64,000 bases of DNA from Acidimicrobiia bacterium (GCA_035471805.1 DATIPS010000050.1:9244-73243), one strand, 5' to 3'. Shown: positions 30,496-41,670, numbered from the stretch's first letter. Numbers and translations: made by a program. The notes: generated from the sequence alone by a model not told the origin.

Positions 30496-31787
30496 CCCGC
30501 TCTGCCGAGGCGGCGTTCCTGCTCGGAGCGTCCGCTCTGGCCTCGTTCGGAGTCGCCATGGCCAACCTCGCCGGCGGCGGCGGAGTCGATGCGCAGGTGG
30601 CCCTGACCTTTCTGGTCTTCCTGATCGCTTTCGGAAGCCTCCACCTCGCGCTGCGCCAGTGGGCGCCGCGGGCGAGTTTCTACCTCCTTCCCCTGGTGGC
30701 GGTGATCACAGCCGTCGGCCTCACGATGATTTACCGGCTCGACCCCGATCGTGCCGGGCTGCAGCGCTGGTGGCTCCTGATCGCCGCCGCGCTGGCCGTC
30801 GGCCTCTTGTTCGCGGTCCGCTCGACCGGGCTCGAACCCCTCCGGCGCTACCGGTATCTGCTGCTGCTCGGATCCCTGCTGCTCCTCGTGCTTCCCCTGC
30901 TGCCCGCCGACTGGTCCATCCCGTTGCGCGGCAAAACCGTCAACGGCTCGCGGCTCTGGGTCGAGTTCATCGCCGGGCCCGTCGAAATCCAGTTCCAGCC
31001 GGGAGAGATCGCCAAGCTCCTGCTCGTGGTGTTTCTCGCCTCCTACCTGGCGGAGCGGCACACGGTCCTCACCTCGGGAACTCGCACAATCGGAAGGCTG
31101 CGGCTCATAGAGCCCCGCCAGCTCGTCCCGGTCCTCGTCGCCTGGACCGCCAGTTTCGGGGTCCTCGTCTATCAACGCGATCTTGGCGCTTCCCTGCTCC
31201 TGTTCGCCGTCTTTCTCACGCTCCTGTACATGGCGACGGGAAGGGCCGCCTACCCCATCATCGGGACTGGAATGTTCTTCGTCGGCGCCTTCTTCGCCTG
31301 GCAGTCGTTTTCACACGTCGAACGCAGGGTGATCGCCTGGCTGCGTCCGTTCAGCGACTTCGACGGGGCCGGATATCAGATTGCCCAGGGGCTCTTCGCA
31401 ATGGGGTCCGGGAGCCTGGCAGGATCCGGGGTCGGGCTCGGCCGGCCCGAGCTGATTCCGTTCGCGCAAACGGACTTCCTGTTCGCGGCCATCGGTGAGG
31501 AGTTGGGACTGGCCGGCGCCGTGGTGGTCCTCTGTGCTTTTGCCCTGCTGACCGCGGTCGGTTTCGGGATTGCCCTGCGGTCGCGGGACCTCTTCAGAAA
31601 GCTGCTCGCGGCCGGCCTGACCTTCGTGCTCGGCCTTCAGACCTTCCTGATCATCGGAGGCGTCGTCCGGGTGCTTCCGCTGACCGGAATCACCCTGCCG
31701 TTCATGTCGTACGGGGGGTCGTCCCTCGTTTCCAACATGGTGCTCATCGCACTCCTCGCACGCCTTTCACACGAGGAACCGGCATGA
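30492..31787 (+). CDS. rodA: SEDS-family peptidoglycan glycosyltransferase RodA/FtsW.
   Basis: GTG start overlapping the pstP stop; 10-TM SEDS motifs (...AQTDFLFAAIGEELGLAGA..., ...PLTGITLPFMSYGGSSL...). Confidence 0.9.
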   Translation: MTRSAEAAFLLGASALASFGVAMANLAGGGGVDAQVALTFLVFLIAFGSLHLALRQWAPRASFYLLPLVAVITAVGLTMIYRLDPDRAGLQRWWLLIAAALAVGLLFAVRSTGLEPLRRYRYLLLLGSLLLLVLPLLPADWSIPLRGKTVNGSRLWVEFIAGPVEIQFQPGEIAKLLLVVFLASYLAERHTVLTSGTRTIGRLRLIEPRQLVPVLVAWTASFGVLVYQRDLGASLLLFAVFLTLLYMATGRAAYPIIGTGMFFVGAFFAWQSFSHVERRVIAWLRPFSDFDGAGYQIAQGLFAMGSGSLAGSGVGLGRPELIPFAQTDFLFAAIGEELGLAGAVVVLCAFALLTAVGFGIALRSRDLFRKLLAAGLTFVLGLQTFLIIGGVVRVLPLTGITLPFMSYGGSSLVSNMVLIALLARLSHEEPA

Positions 31788-33241
31788 ACGGTCCGATTCG
31801 CAAGGTCGCCATCGCCGTCTTCATCGCGTTCGCCGTTCTGCTGCTCGACATCACATACATTCAGGCGATTGCCGGACCCGGATACCGCGACGATCCGCGC
31901 AACCCGCGTGTCCAGATCGGGATCGCCGGAAAGGAACGTGGACTCATTCTCGACGCGGGCGGGGTCCAGCTGGCCAGATCAGAGGCTCTGGAAGACGACC
32001 CCAACCTGTTCGTGAGGGTCTATCCCGAAGGTCCCCTCTTCGCGCACAGCGTCGGATTCACTTCGAGCTTGTTCGGCGATTGGGGCCTCGAGTCGAGCTA
32101 CGCCACCGAACTCCGCTCGAAGCGCGACCTGACGATATCCGACCTCATCGACGCCTTGCTCGGCCGGGACCTGCAGGCTCAGAACCTCGAACTGACTCTC
32201 GTGGCAGAGCTGCAGAGAGTGGCGGTCGAGAGCCTCGGCGATCAGGCCGGCGCGGTGGTGGCCCTCGATCCCTCGACCGGAGCCGTCCTCGCCTTTGTCT
32301 CGTCTCCAACTTTCGACCCGAACTCGATCATCGCCAAGTCTGCAACGCCGGCCTGGGAGGCACTGGCGGCCGACCCCGCCGAACCCCTGAAGGACCGCGT
32401 GTCGCGGGAGAGCTATGCCCCCGGATCCACCTTCAAGGTCATAACTGCAGCCGCGGCCATCGAGGCGGGGGTGGCCGGACCCGATACCACCTTCGCCAAT
32501 CCGCCGCAGCTCGAACTCCCCGGATCAACTGCGGTCATCCGCAACTTCGCCGGAACCCTGTGCGGCGACGGCGACGAGGTGACGCTCAGAGAGGCGTTCC
32601 GTCGATCATGCAACACCGTTTTCGGGCAACTCGCCATGGACCTCGGTGCATCCGTGCTCGAGCAACAAGCTGAAGCCTTCGGATTCAACCGGCAGGTCCC
32701 GTTCGAGTGGGAGACCCTGACCGCATCCTTCCCGACCGCCGCCACTCTCAGTTCGAACCTGCCGGCACTGGCCCAGAGCGGCCTCGGACAGCGAGACGTG
32801 CAGGCGACTCCTCTCCTGATGGCGATGGTGGCGGCCACCATCGGCAACGGGGGTTTGCAGATGGAGCCGTACATGGTCGCCCGCACCTACGACGCGGCCG
32901 GCGACATCGTCGACGAGCACCAGCCGTCCGTATGGGCGACTCCCATCTCTCCCGCAACCGCCGACGTTGTCGCAGCAATGATGGAGCAGGTAGTGGCAAG
33001 CGGAACCGCCACACGGGCCGCAGTGACGGGCGTGCGCGTGGCCGGCAAGACGGGCACCGCCGAAACAGAGATCGGCCCGCCCCACGCCTGGTTCATCGGC
33101 TTCGCTCCCGTCGACAATCCGACCATCGCCCTGGCCGTTGTCGTGGAAGAAGGCGGAGACGCCGGAGAGAACGCCACCGGCGGCTCCGTCGCCGCGCCGG
33201 TGGCGAAGAGGCTCTTCGAGTTCTGGCTCCTGAATCGATGA
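31784..33241 (+). CDS. pbpA: Class B penicillin-binding protein (transpeptidase).
   Basis: N-terminal TM, then the transpeptidase SXXK (STFK), SXN and KTG(T) motifs (...PGSTFKVITAAAAIE..., ...VAGKTGTAE...). Confidence 0.9.
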   Translation: MNGPIRKVAIAVFIAFAVLLLDITYIQAIAGPGYRDDPRNPRVQIGIAGKERGLILDAGGVQLARSEALEDDPNLFVRVYPEGPLFAHSVGFTSSLFGDWGLESSYATELRSKRDLTISDLIDALLGRDLQAQNLELTLVAELQRVAVESLGDQAGAVVALDPSTGAVLAFVSSPTFDPNSIIAKSATPAWEALAADPAEPLKDRVSRESYAPGSTFKVITAAAAIEAGVAGPDTTFANPPQLELPGSTAVIRNFAGTLCGDGDEVTLREAFRRSCNTVFGQLAMDLGASVLEQQAEAFGFNRQVPFEWETLTASFPTAATLSSNLPALAQSGLGQRDVQATPLLMAMVAATIGNGGLQMEPYMVARTYDAAGDIVDEHQPSVWATPISPATADVVAAMMEQVVASGTATRAAVTGVRVAGKTGTAETEIGPPHAWFIGFAPVDNPTIALAVVVEEGGDAGENATGGSVAAPVAKRLFEFWLLNR

Positions 33242-33265
33242 CAATGACCCCTACAATCACACCGA

Positions 33266-35158
33266 ATGATGACCCAACGCACGCTCGCTGATCGGTACGA
33301 GCTCGTCTCCCACATCGCAAGAGGGGGGATGGCCGACGTCTATGAAGCGCGCGACACGCTCCTCGGACGGAGAGTCGCCGTCAAGGTCCTCCACTCGCAG
33401 TTCAGCTCCGACGAGGCCTTCGTCAAACGTTTCCGGCGCGAGGCACAGGCAGCGGCCAACCTGAGCCATCCCAATATCGTCTCGATCTACGACTGGGGCG
33501 AAGACGGCGACACCTACTTCATCGTGATGGAGCTGATCGAGGGACGCACCTTGCGGGACGTCCTGAAGAGCGAGCGCCGGCTGCTCCCCCGTCGTGCCAG
33601 CGAGATCGGTGCCGAGGTCGCCGCGGCACTCTCCGTCGCGCACAGAGCCGGCCTGGTTCACCGGGACATCAAGCCCGGCAACATTCTTCTCGCCCCCGAT
33701 GGGACGGTGCGCGTCACCGACTTCGGCATCGCCCGCGCCTGGGATGACTCACAGGAACTCACCAAGACCGGCGCGGTGATCGGAACGGCCACCTACTTCA
33801 GCCCGGAGCAAGCCCAGGGAATGACGGCCGACGAACGCTCCGACCTCTACTCGCTCGGAGTCGTCATCTACGAGATGATCACCGGTTCGCCTCCCTTCAC
33901 CGGAGACAGCCCGGTTGCGGTGGCATACCAGCACGTGTCCACTCCCGTCACCCCGCCCTCAACGCTCAACCCGGACATCCCGGCGGACCTCGAATCGATC
34001 ATCAGCAAGGCGCTCGGCAAGGAGCCGGAGAGCCGCCATCAGACGGCCGACGAAATGCGGGCAGAGCTACTGCGCTTCTTGAGGGGAGAGGCGCCCGCCA
34101 CCGTTCCCGGCTCCGATGCCCCGACGCAGATGATGCCACCCGTTACCCCACCGACGGTTCCGCCGGACGAGACCTACCGCCGGCTCGCCGAGGAACGGCC
34201 GCCCAGCCAGGTCCCCTTCATTCTGACCGCCTTCGCCCTGCTCGTTGCATTGGGAGTCGGTTTGTTCCTCATCTTCGACCTCATGAACAGCGGCACCAGC
34301 GACGGGGTCGAGCTGGTCGCAGTTCCCGAAGTTGCCGGCCTGGAGCAAGATGCTGCTCTGGCTTTGCTGCAGGACGCAGGCTTGAAGGTGCGGCCGGTCA
34401 ACCAGGCCGATCCCGAGGTACCCTCCGGATACGTCATAGGCACCGATCCGGCTGCCGGCGAGCAGGTCGACGCCGGCGGTTACGTCAACGTGCTGGTCTC
34501 AACGGGCGTCGGGGCGGCGAACGTGCCGCGCGTCGTGGGCGAGACACTCACCGAAGCAATGCGTCTCATCAACCTGAACGGCCTGACGGTGGGTGTCGTG
34601 CACGAAGAGCCCAACGACGTCCAGCCGTCCGGCACCGTGATAGACCAGAGCCCCGCCGCCGGCCAGAAGCAGCCACCGCAGACGGCCATCGACCTGTGGG
34701 TGTCGACCGGACCGAACTCTGTGCTCCTGGAGGATTTCCGGGGTCGCCCCGAGATCGACGCAACTTTCGTGATCGAGAACGCCGGCCTGATCGTGGAGCG
34801 GGACGAGGAGTTCGACGAAGAGGTCGAAGAGGGGCGGGTTGCCAGGACGGAACCACAGGCGGGAACGCTGGTCCCGGCCGGTTCGACCGTCAAGCTCTGG
34901 ATCTCGCTCGGACCCGAACCCGTGCTGGTTCCCAACATCGTCGGAATGACGCCGGAGGCGGCCCGCGCCGCGCTCGAAGCGGTGAACCTCGTCTATCGGG
35001 AGAGCGTCACCACGGTCCAGGTCGAGGAAGCTTTCAACGGGCTGGTCGCGGAGCAATCGATCGGTGCCGGTACCGAGGTAGACCCGGGCACCATGATCAC
35101 CGCCACAATCGGCGAGGCTCCTCCACCGACGACCACGACAACAACCCTCGCCCCGTAG
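33266..35158 (+). CDS. pknB: Ser/Thr protein kinase PknB with a TM segment and four extracellular PASTA domains.
   Basis: Hanks motifs present (GGMADVY, VAVK, HRDIKPGN, DFG, SPEQ). TM PFILTAFALLVALGVGLFLIF, followed by repeated PASTA units (VPEVAGLEQDAA..., VPRVVGETLTEA..., etc.). Confidence 0.95.
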   Translation: MMTQRTLADRYELVSHIARGGMADVYEARDTLLGRRVAVKVLHSQFSSDEAFVKRFRREAQAAANLSHPNIVSIYDWGEDGDTYFIVMELIEGRTLRDVLKSERRLLPRRASEIGAEVAAALSVAHRAGLVHRDIKPGNILLAPDGTVRVTDFGIARAWDDSQELTKTGAVIGTATYFSPEQAQGMTADERSDLYSLGVVIYEMITGSPPFTGDSPVAVAYQHVSTPVTPPSTLNPDIPADLESIISKALGKEPESRHQTADEMRAELLRFLRGEAPATVPGSDAPTQMMPPVTPPTVPPDETYRRLAEERPPSQVPFILTAFALLVALGVGLFLIFDLMNSGTSDGVELVAVPEVAGLEQDAALALLQDAGLKVRPVNQADPEVPSGYVIGTDPAAGEQVDAGGYVNVLVSTGVGAANVPRVVGETLTEAMRLINLNGLTVGVVHEEPNDVQPSGTVIDQSPAAGQKQPPQTAIDLWVSTGPNSVLLEDFRGRPEIDATFVIENAGLIVERDEEFDEEVEEGRVARTEPQAGTLVPAGSTVKLWISLGPEPVLVPNIVGMTPEAARAALEAVNLVYRESVTTVQVEEAFNGLVAEQSIGAGTEVDPGTMITATIGEAPPPTTTTTTLAP

Positions 35159-35174
35159 CCGTCCGGGCCGGGGA

Positions 35175-35735
<561 letters not shown>

Positions 35736-35793
35736 GAGAGATGAGCATACCTTTGGTCGTTGGGACACAAGCAGACGACTACGCTGTACGCCC

Positions 35794-36030
35794 ATGCCTG
35801 AATCAAAGCGACGCAAACCCAAGTACATGGGCCCCACCCCATCACGGAAACCCAAAGAAGTGACCCGCGAGCCGTCACCTTCCTGGTACGTGGTGCTGAT
35901 GTTCGCGATGATGGCGCTGGGGGTGAGCCTCGTCTTGCTCCGCTACTTCCTGAGCTGGGACAACATCGTGCTTGTGGCCGGTCTCGGATTCATCGCCGGT
36001 GGGTTCCTGATGACGACCGGATATCGGTAG
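35794..36030 (+). CDS. crgA: Cell-division membrane protein CrgA (78 aa).
   Basis: MPESKRRKPK... basic N-terminus and two TM helices resemble mycobacterial CrgA (Rv0011c); position syntenic. The track ORF is over-extended at 35713. Confidence 0.7.
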   Translation: MPESKRRKPKYMGPTPSRKPKEVTREPSPSWYVVLMFAMMALGVSLVLLRYFLSWDNIVLVAGLGFIAGGFLMTTGYR

Positions 36031-36071
36031 CCCCACCCCGAGGATCGGATCTCAGCCGACGGCCGGCCGTC

Positions 36072-36341
36072 TCACTGCCCGCCCGGGACTTCGTCCATCT
36101 CTTCGCGGCAGTGCTTCGGCGCGGAAGCCTCGCTGGTCGACACCGCCGTCATCGTCACCTCGGTGCCGCATATCGAGCACCGGTACTTCGTGTCGGCGGT
36201 CACTATCGAACCCGGATCGATCTCCGGAGGCGGCTCGGCGAGCATCCGGATAACGCGGATCGCCACCGTCCAGATGGCAACGCCGACCGCGAGCGCAATG
36301 AGGAACTTCAGCATGGCACGATTCTTCGTCCCCGGCCGCAT
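36072..36341 (-). CDS. Small membrane protein with a C-terminal Cys cluster (Rv0010c-position).
   Basis: One TM (LKFLIALAVGVAIWTVAI), then CSICGTEV...HCREE, a possible zinc-ribbon. Confidence 0.45.
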   Translation of the reverse strand: MRPGTKNRAMLKFLIALAVGVAIWTVAIRVIRMLAEPPPEIDPGSIVTADTKYRCSICGTEVTMTAVSTSEASAPKHCREEMDEVPGGQ

Positions 36342-36451
36342 GTTGCAGAGGACGGCCGCATTTCGCCCGTGCCGGGTGGCCGGTCGGCGGTGGTCGATCG
36401 GCGGCTGCGCGGCACGGCCGTCACCTCATCTCCACAGATGCCGGACCTCCA

Positions 36452-37612
36452 TCAGACGAGCTCCAGGATCGTGGCGTTGGCCATGCCGCCGCCTTCGCAC
36501 ATGACCTGCAGGCCGTAGCGACTTCCGGTTCGTTGCATCTCGTGAACGAGCGTCGTCATCAAACGCGCTCCCGAGGCACCGAGCGGGTGACCAAGCGCAA
36601 CCGCACCGCCGTTCACGTTCGTTCGCTCCCACAGGGCGTCGGGATCACCGTGACCGTGCTCCCGGCGCCATGCTGCGATCACCGTGGCGAAGGCCTCATT
36701 GACCTCGAACAGGTCGATGTCGTCGACCGACATGCCTGCCTTGTTCAAGACCTTGCTGGTGGCCGGAATCGGAGCGCTCAGCATGATGACGGGATCCGCA
36801 GCCGTGACCGCAAAAGCCTTGAACCGGGCCATCGGTCGGTAGCCGAGCTCATCGGCGACGTCCTCGCCCATGATGAGCAGGGCGGCCGCACCATCGGAAA
36901 TCTGTGAAGAGTTGCCAGCAGTGACGACACCGTCCTCCCTGAACGCCGGCTTCAACCCTGCCAGCTTCTCGAGCGATGTATCCCACCTGATGCCGCCGTC
37001 CTGTTTGACGATTCCCTCCGAAGTGTCGACCGGGACTATCTGCTGGTCGAAGCGGCCCTCTTCCGTCGCTCGCCCGGCACGCTGATGGGACTCCAACGAG
37101 ATCTGGTCCACCTCGTCCCGGCCGATGCCCCACTTGTCGGCGATCATCTCCGCCGACAGACCCTGCGGAACCAGCCGGTGGTCGTAGCGGTCGCTCATGC
37201 GTGGACCGAACGGTACGCCGGGACCCTGTGCATTTGATCCCATCGGGACCCGGGTCATCGATTCGATGCCGGCAGCCACGACAACGTCGTACGCACCGGC
37301 CATCACTCCCTGGGCTGCGAAGTGGGCAGCCTGCTGGGACGAGCCGCATTGACGATCGACCGTCGTGCCCGGGACCTCCTCGGGATAGCCGGCCGCCAGC
37401 GCGGCATTGCGGGCGATGTTTATCCCCTGCTCTCCGGTCTGCGTGACGCATCCCATGATCACGTCGTCGATGCGGCCGGGGTCGAGGTCGTTGCGCTCGA
37501 CGACTGCCTTGAGCGCCTCCGACGCCAGATCCACCGCATGCAGGTCCTTCAAGAAACCGCCGCGCCTTCCAACCGGGGTACGCACGGCATCGACGATCAC
37601 GGCATTCCTCAT
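36452..37612 (-). CDS. Acetyl-CoA C-acetyltransferase (thiolase).
   Basis: MRNAVIVDAVRTPVGRRGGFLKD...VDRQCGSSQQA (active Cys) ...NVNGGAVALGHPLGASGARL...CEGGGMANA are thiolase signatures. Start is the ATG at 37612. Confidence 0.9.
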   Translation of the reverse strand: MRNAVIVDAVRTPVGRRGGFLKDLHAVDLASEALKAVVERNDLDPGRIDDVIMGCVTQTGEQGINIARNAALAAGYPEEVPGTTVDRQCGSSQQAAHFAAQGVMAGAYDVVVAAGIESMTRVPMGSNAQGPGVPFGPRMSDRYDHRLVPQGLSAEMIADKWGIGRDEVDQISLESHQRAGRATEEGRFDQQIVPVDTSEGIVKQDGGIRWDTSLEKLAGLKPAFREDGVVTAGNSSQISDGAAALLIMGEDVADELGYRPMARFKAFAVTAADPVIMLSAPIPATSKVLNKAGMSVDDIDLFEVNEAFATVIAAWRREHGHGDPDALWERTNVNGGAVALGHPLGASGARLMTTLVHEMQRTGSRYGLQVMCEGGGMANATILELV

Positions 37613-37728
37613 GAGGGCTCCTTCGTCCACGTGTGAGGTACATCGTACGCCGCAACGAGCCGGCCGGCCGCCGTGACCCTCCACCGTCTGGCATCATCGG
37701 AATACCGACGTATCATGTGGCAAACCAA

Positions 37729-37801
37729 GGGGATGTAGCTCAGTTGGCAGAGCACCTGCTTTGCAAGCAGGGGGTCGTCGGTTCAAGTCCGATCATCTCC
37801 A
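37729..37801 (+). tRNA. tRNA-Ala (anticodon TGC).
   Basis: GGGGATG acceptor with G3·U70, D-arm AGCTCAGTTGGCAGAGC, anticodon loop TT-TGC-AA, T-arm GGTTCAAGTCC. Confidence 0.85.
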
Positions 37802-37893
37802 CGCCGGTGGCCTCGGACCACCTTCAATCCGGCCCATCGGGCAGATCCACCGGATGGGCCCTGCGGGTCAGCTGGTATGATCCAGTCCCTCAC

Positions 37894-37968
37894 GGGCCCA
37901 TAGCTCAGCTTGGTTAGAGCGCATCCCTGATAAGGATGAGGCCCCTGGTTCAAGTCCAGGTGGGCCCA
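37894..37968 (+). tRNA. tRNA-Ile (anticodon GAT).
   Basis: GGGCCCA acceptor, D-arm AGCTCAGCTTGGTTAGAGC, anticodon loop CT-GAT-AA, T-arm GGTTCAAGTCC. Confidence 0.85.
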
Positions 37969-37972
37969 CGAC

Positions 37973-37999
37973 GAAAACCCCTGTATGCAGGGGTTTTCG
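37973..37999 (+). terminator. Rho-independent-type terminator hairpin after the tRNA pair.
   Basis: AAAACCCCTGtatgcAGGGGTTTTCG: a perfect 9-bp GC stem with a U-tract. Confidence 0.7.
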
Positions 38000-38024
38000 C
38001 AGATCCTTCTTCCCCGGTCGCCCG

Positions 38025-39503
38025 TCAACCAACCGTCGCGGCGGTGACCGTGCCTCCGGTGATCGTCAGGTTGACGCGCGAGGTGCTGTAGTCGTCGGTC
38101 GCGGGGAACTGCTCGCCGTCACGAGAAACTACCCGCACCTCCCAGCCGCGCTCTGCGGCCACGGCCAGCGCCTCGTCCTCAGAGAGCCCCACGAGAGCGG
38201 CGGCATCCGCTTCGCTGATCGCCGTATCGTCGTACACGACATCAGGAGGCAGCGGAGCAGGCTCGTCTATCGCCGGATCGACCAGGGCGTATTCGACGAT
38301 CAGGTACTCGTCCGTGACCGCGGGCACCGTGTAACGGCCACCGTCGGCGTCCAGGAACGTGAAAGCCGGGAGGAGCCAGGCGCTGCCGTCGGAGTCCCAC
38401 GTCCACCAGAGCTCCTGGCGTACGCTGGTGATGGTCACCTGAACATGCTCCGGCTCGACCGGCAGCGACTCGCAGTCCGCCGCCTCCTCACAGCTCAGTT
38501 CCGGAGCTCCGATACCGATGGTGTCCTCCACAAGCGGCATGATGCCGCCGTAGTAGCCGTCCTGCAGGCGGGCAACGGCAGTTTCCAGATCGATGAGCGG
38601 ATACGGTCCCACCTCGACCGGTTGAGCCAGCACGCCTCCCGCGTAGTCGAGACGGCCCTCGGCGCCGAAGCCGAAGTACCAGCCGATCGGCGAGACCGAC
38701 TCGTTCAGCCGTTGCATCGCCGACACGGATGCAAACCACTCGTCCGCGTAGACCTCGAGTTCGAAATCGGCCGGATCTGCACCGACCTTGCGGAGCAGCT
38801 CTACCGCCCGGGAGCGGGCTTGTTCCGACGTCAGCACGCCGGTGGGGGGCTTTGGCTCCTCGTAAACGCATTCCTCGGCCGGATCACCGGAGGCACCGGA
38901 CTCGTCGCCCGGCTCGACGGAAGGCACAACGGCGTCGCTACCGTCGTCCACGGGAGCCACCTCCGTGACCGTGGCACACTCCACCCTCGTGGCGGTCACC
39001 GGCGCATACGGGGCGTTGAACCACCAGCTGAGCTGCCCGTCCGCCGCGACCCACAAGGCCGGCCCGGAGCCGTCGTCCGGACCCACCGTCCAGCCCCCTC
39101 CCTGCTCGACCGACCTCTCGACGGGATCGCCCTCCACCCCGAGTGCCGCGGCTATCTGGGCTATGCGGTCCATGTCGGGGACGGCGTCCGGCGGGTACTG
39201 CCATCCATTGGCCTCAACGGGAAGAGGAGACAAGCCGGTTCCGACGACGAAGTCGTAGACCACCCAGGGGGCGATCATTCCCATGCTTGGCGCAGCTTCG
39301 CCGACGGCAAGGGTATCGGCAGCTTGCAGGCCAGGCCCGGCGGGACCGGAGCCGGCACCACCCGAGACATGAACGGGTATCGGGGCCATCAACTCCGGGG
39401 AAGAGGTGGATTGCGTCGCGCCGTCCGCGCAGGCAGACAGCATCAAGGCCGTTGCCAGGCCCAACGCAACTAGCGGTCTTTGAAGGTATCGGTCGTATGT
39501 CAT
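38025..39503 (-). CDS. Secreted lipoprotein of unknown function (492 aa).
   Basis: MTYDRYLQRPLVALGLATALMLSAC (lipobox LSAC). Acidic, Pro/Asp-rich mature region. The track N-extension is out of context. Confidence 0.65.
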   Translation of the reverse strand: MTYDRYLQRPLVALGLATALMLSACADGATQSTSSPELMAPIPVHVSGGAGSGPAGPGLQAADTLAVGEAAPSMGMIAPWVVYDFVVGTGLSPLPVEANGWQYPPDAVPDMDRIAQIAAALGVEGDPVERSVEQGGGWTVGPDDGSGPALWVAADGQLSWWFNAPYAPVTATRVECATVTEVAPVDDGSDAVVPSVEPGDESGASGDPAEECVYEEPKPPTGVLTSEQARSRAVELLRKVGADPADFELEVYADEWFASVSAMQRLNESVSPIGWYFGFGAEGRLDYAGGVLAQPVEVGPYPLIDLETAVARLQDGYYGGIMPLVEDTIGIGAPELSCEEAADCESLPVEPEHVQVTITSVRQELWWTWDSDGSAWLLPAFTFLDADGGRYTVPAVTDEYLIVEYALVDPAIDEPAPLPPDVVYDDTAISEADAAALVGLSEDEALAVAAERGWEVRVVSRDGEQFPATDDYSTSRVNLTITGGTVTAATVG

Positions 39504-39630
39504 ACAGATTGGACGGCGCACAGCACGTCCTGGTTCCCGGGCCGTCGAACCGGCAGCCCTCTTCCTCCCGGATCTGACGGCGCGCACGCCCCCGAACGCC
39601 TTGCGCCCTCCCCCGACTACCCTCTCCCGA

Positions 39631-40716
39631 ATGGCATTCGACATGGGCGCACTCGAGAGGGGATGTTTGCTTCTCGCCGATATCTCGGGATACACCGAGT
39701 ACATGGGCGGAAGTGAACTCATGCACGCCCAAGACGTCGTCGCAGACCTCCTGGAGACGATCGTCGGCACCATCGAACCGGTGTTCAAGCTCTCGAAACT
39801 CGAGGGCGACGCCGCATTCGCCTACGCAGATCGGGCGTCCATCAATCCGGCGATCGTTCTGGACACCGTCGAGTCGGCCTATTTCGCATTCCAGAAGCGG
39901 CTGCGGGACATCACCCACTCGACGACTTGCGAATGCAACGCCTGTATTCGCATCCCAAGCCTCGACCTGAAATTCTTCGTCCACGACGGCGAATACGTAG
40001 TGCGCCATATCGCCCGTTCCGAGGAACTCGCCGGGCCGGACGTGATCCTCGTTCACCGCCTGATGAAGGGCACGTCGGGCGCCACGGTCGGAATACCCGC
40101 CTACGCCGTGTTCACGGCAACGACACTCGAGACGATGGGGATGGATCCCGCCATCCTCGGATTCGTCTCGCACACCGAGAGCTTCTCCGACATCGGCGAC
40201 GTGCCCGTCTACGTCCACGATCTGACCACCCGGTGGGCGCTCGAGAAGGAACGGAGCCGGGACTTCATCGCCGGCGACCAAGCCGCTCACGAGAACACGA
40301 TTGAGACGACGGCTCCGCCGCCCCTCGTTTGGGAGTACCTGACCAGCCCCACGAAGCGGATCCTCTGGCAGAAGCACGTCACCGGCGTCGAAACCCAAAC
40401 GGAAGGCCGTTTCGGGCTGGGGAGCATCAACCACTGCATGCACGGAGCCGACATAACCATCGAGCACGTGGCCGACTGGAGACCTTTCACCTACATCACC
40501 ACCCGCTACGAGGGTGAGGGCTACGAAGGCGTGCGAAGGCTCGGCTTCACCTACCAGTTGGACGAGATGGGATCGGGCACGAGGCTCACGACCAGGATCG
40601 AAAGCCCGGGAGACGAGCAGTGGGCCGTCATCGGAGAAGGGCTGGCCGAAATCACGGTCGCCAACACTCAACACCTGCTCGAGGAACTCGAGAAAGCCAC
40701 CCGCCAGGCGACCTGA
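39631..40716 (+). CDS. DUF2652 domain protein (N-terminal nucleotide-cyclase-like fold; C-terminal SRPBCC-like).
   Basis: ...RGCLLLADISGYTEYM... is the DUF2652 hallmark. The C-terminal half (...WEYLTSPTKRILWQ...) resembles the SRPBCC/polyketide-cyclase fold. Confidence 0.6.
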   Translation: MAFDMGALERGCLLLADISGYTEYMGGSELMHAQDVVADLLETIVGTIEPVFKLSKLEGDAAFAYADRASINPAIVLDTVESAYFAFQKRLRDITHSTTCECNACIRIPSLDLKFFVHDGEYVVRHIARSEELAGPDVILVHRLMKGTSGATVGIPAYAVFTATTLETMGMDPAILGFVSHTESFSDIGDVPVYVHDLTTRWALEKERSRDFIAGDQAAHENTIETTAPPPLVWEYLTSPTKRILWQKHVTGVETQTEGRFGLGSINHCMHGADITIEHVADWRPFTYITTRYEGEGYEGVRRLGFTYQLDEMGSGTRLTTRIESPGDEQWAVIGEGLAEITVANTQHLLEELEKATRQAT

Positions 40717-40768
40717 TGTCCGGCCTCTGATGCTCTAGGTTGTCGCGGACGACGGACGGAGAAACGAA

Positions 40769-41668
40769 ATGGACGGGATGCTCGATTGGGGCATCGACGT
40801 GGTCCTGTGGTTCCAGCAGACCAGCCCTGCTCTCGATGGCCTCTTCAAGTTCCTCACGTTTCTCGGAGACGAAGAGTTCTATCTCGTTCTCCTGCCGCTC
40901 GTCTACTGGAGCATCGATCGTGCAACCGGCGTCAGGTTGATGCTCATTGCCTTGTTCTCCAGTCTCGTGAACGCCACCGCCAAGGAGCTCGGAGGACAGC
41001 CCCGGCCGTTCGGATACGACGATCGCGTCGTCCCTCTGGTCGATGCCGGCGGATACGGTCTACCCAGCGGCCACGCGCAGGGAGCCGTCGTCGTATGGGG
41101 CTTCATCGGCCTCGAGGCCCGCCGCCGGTGGATGTGGGCGGTTGCCGTCGCTCTGATGCTGGGCATCGGGCTGTCGCGGATCTACCTCGGCGTCCACTTC
41201 CCGACCGATGTATTGGGCGGGGCAATACTCGGGCTGGCTCTGCTCTTCGCCTGGAAACGGTACGGCCACCGCGCCGAGCGCTGGTTCTGTGCCCTGACGA
41301 CTGCCGCACAGTTGCTGCTGGCGGCTGCCGTACCGCTCGTCGTGATGATGGCGTTCCCCGCCGAGGACGTCGTGACCGCCTCGGCGACGTTCCTCGGAAT
41401 GAGCACCGGTGTGGTTCTCGAGCGCCGCCACCTCGGCTTCGAGACGGCCGGCCCCATTACGTCGAGAGCCCTCCGGTTCCTGGTCGGCGGTCTGCTCCTG
41501 GCGGGATTGTGGCTCGGCCTGCGCACTCTCTTCGCCGGCCTCGAGCCCGCCCTGCTTCTCCGGCTGGTCCGTTACGCGCTCGTGGGCTTCTGGGGAGCGT
41601 TCGGTGCCCCGTGGCTATTCCTGCGCCTCTCCCTGGCCGATCGAGCCACTTCACCGGTAAACGAGTGA
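40769..41668 (+). CDS. PAP2-family phosphatase (phosphatidic acid phosphatase type 2 / undecaprenyl-PP phosphatase-like).
   Basis: PAP2 motifs KELGGQPRP, PSGH and SRIYLGVHFPTDV, with 6 TM helices. Confidence 0.85.
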   Translation: MDGMLDWGIDVVLWFQQTSPALDGLFKFLTFLGDEEFYLVLLPLVYWSIDRATGVRLMLIALFSSLVNATAKELGGQPRPFGYDDRVVPLVDAGGYGLPSGHAQGAVVVWGFIGLEARRRWMWAVAVALMLGIGLSRIYLGVHFPTDVLGGAILGLALLFAWKRYGHRAERWFCALTTAAQLLLAAAVPLVVMMAFPAEDVVTASATFLGMSTGVVLERRHLGFETAGPITSRALRFLVGGLLLAGLWLGLRTLFAGLEPALLLRLVRYALVGFWGAFGAPWLFLRLSLADRATSPVNE

Positions 41669-41670
41669 AT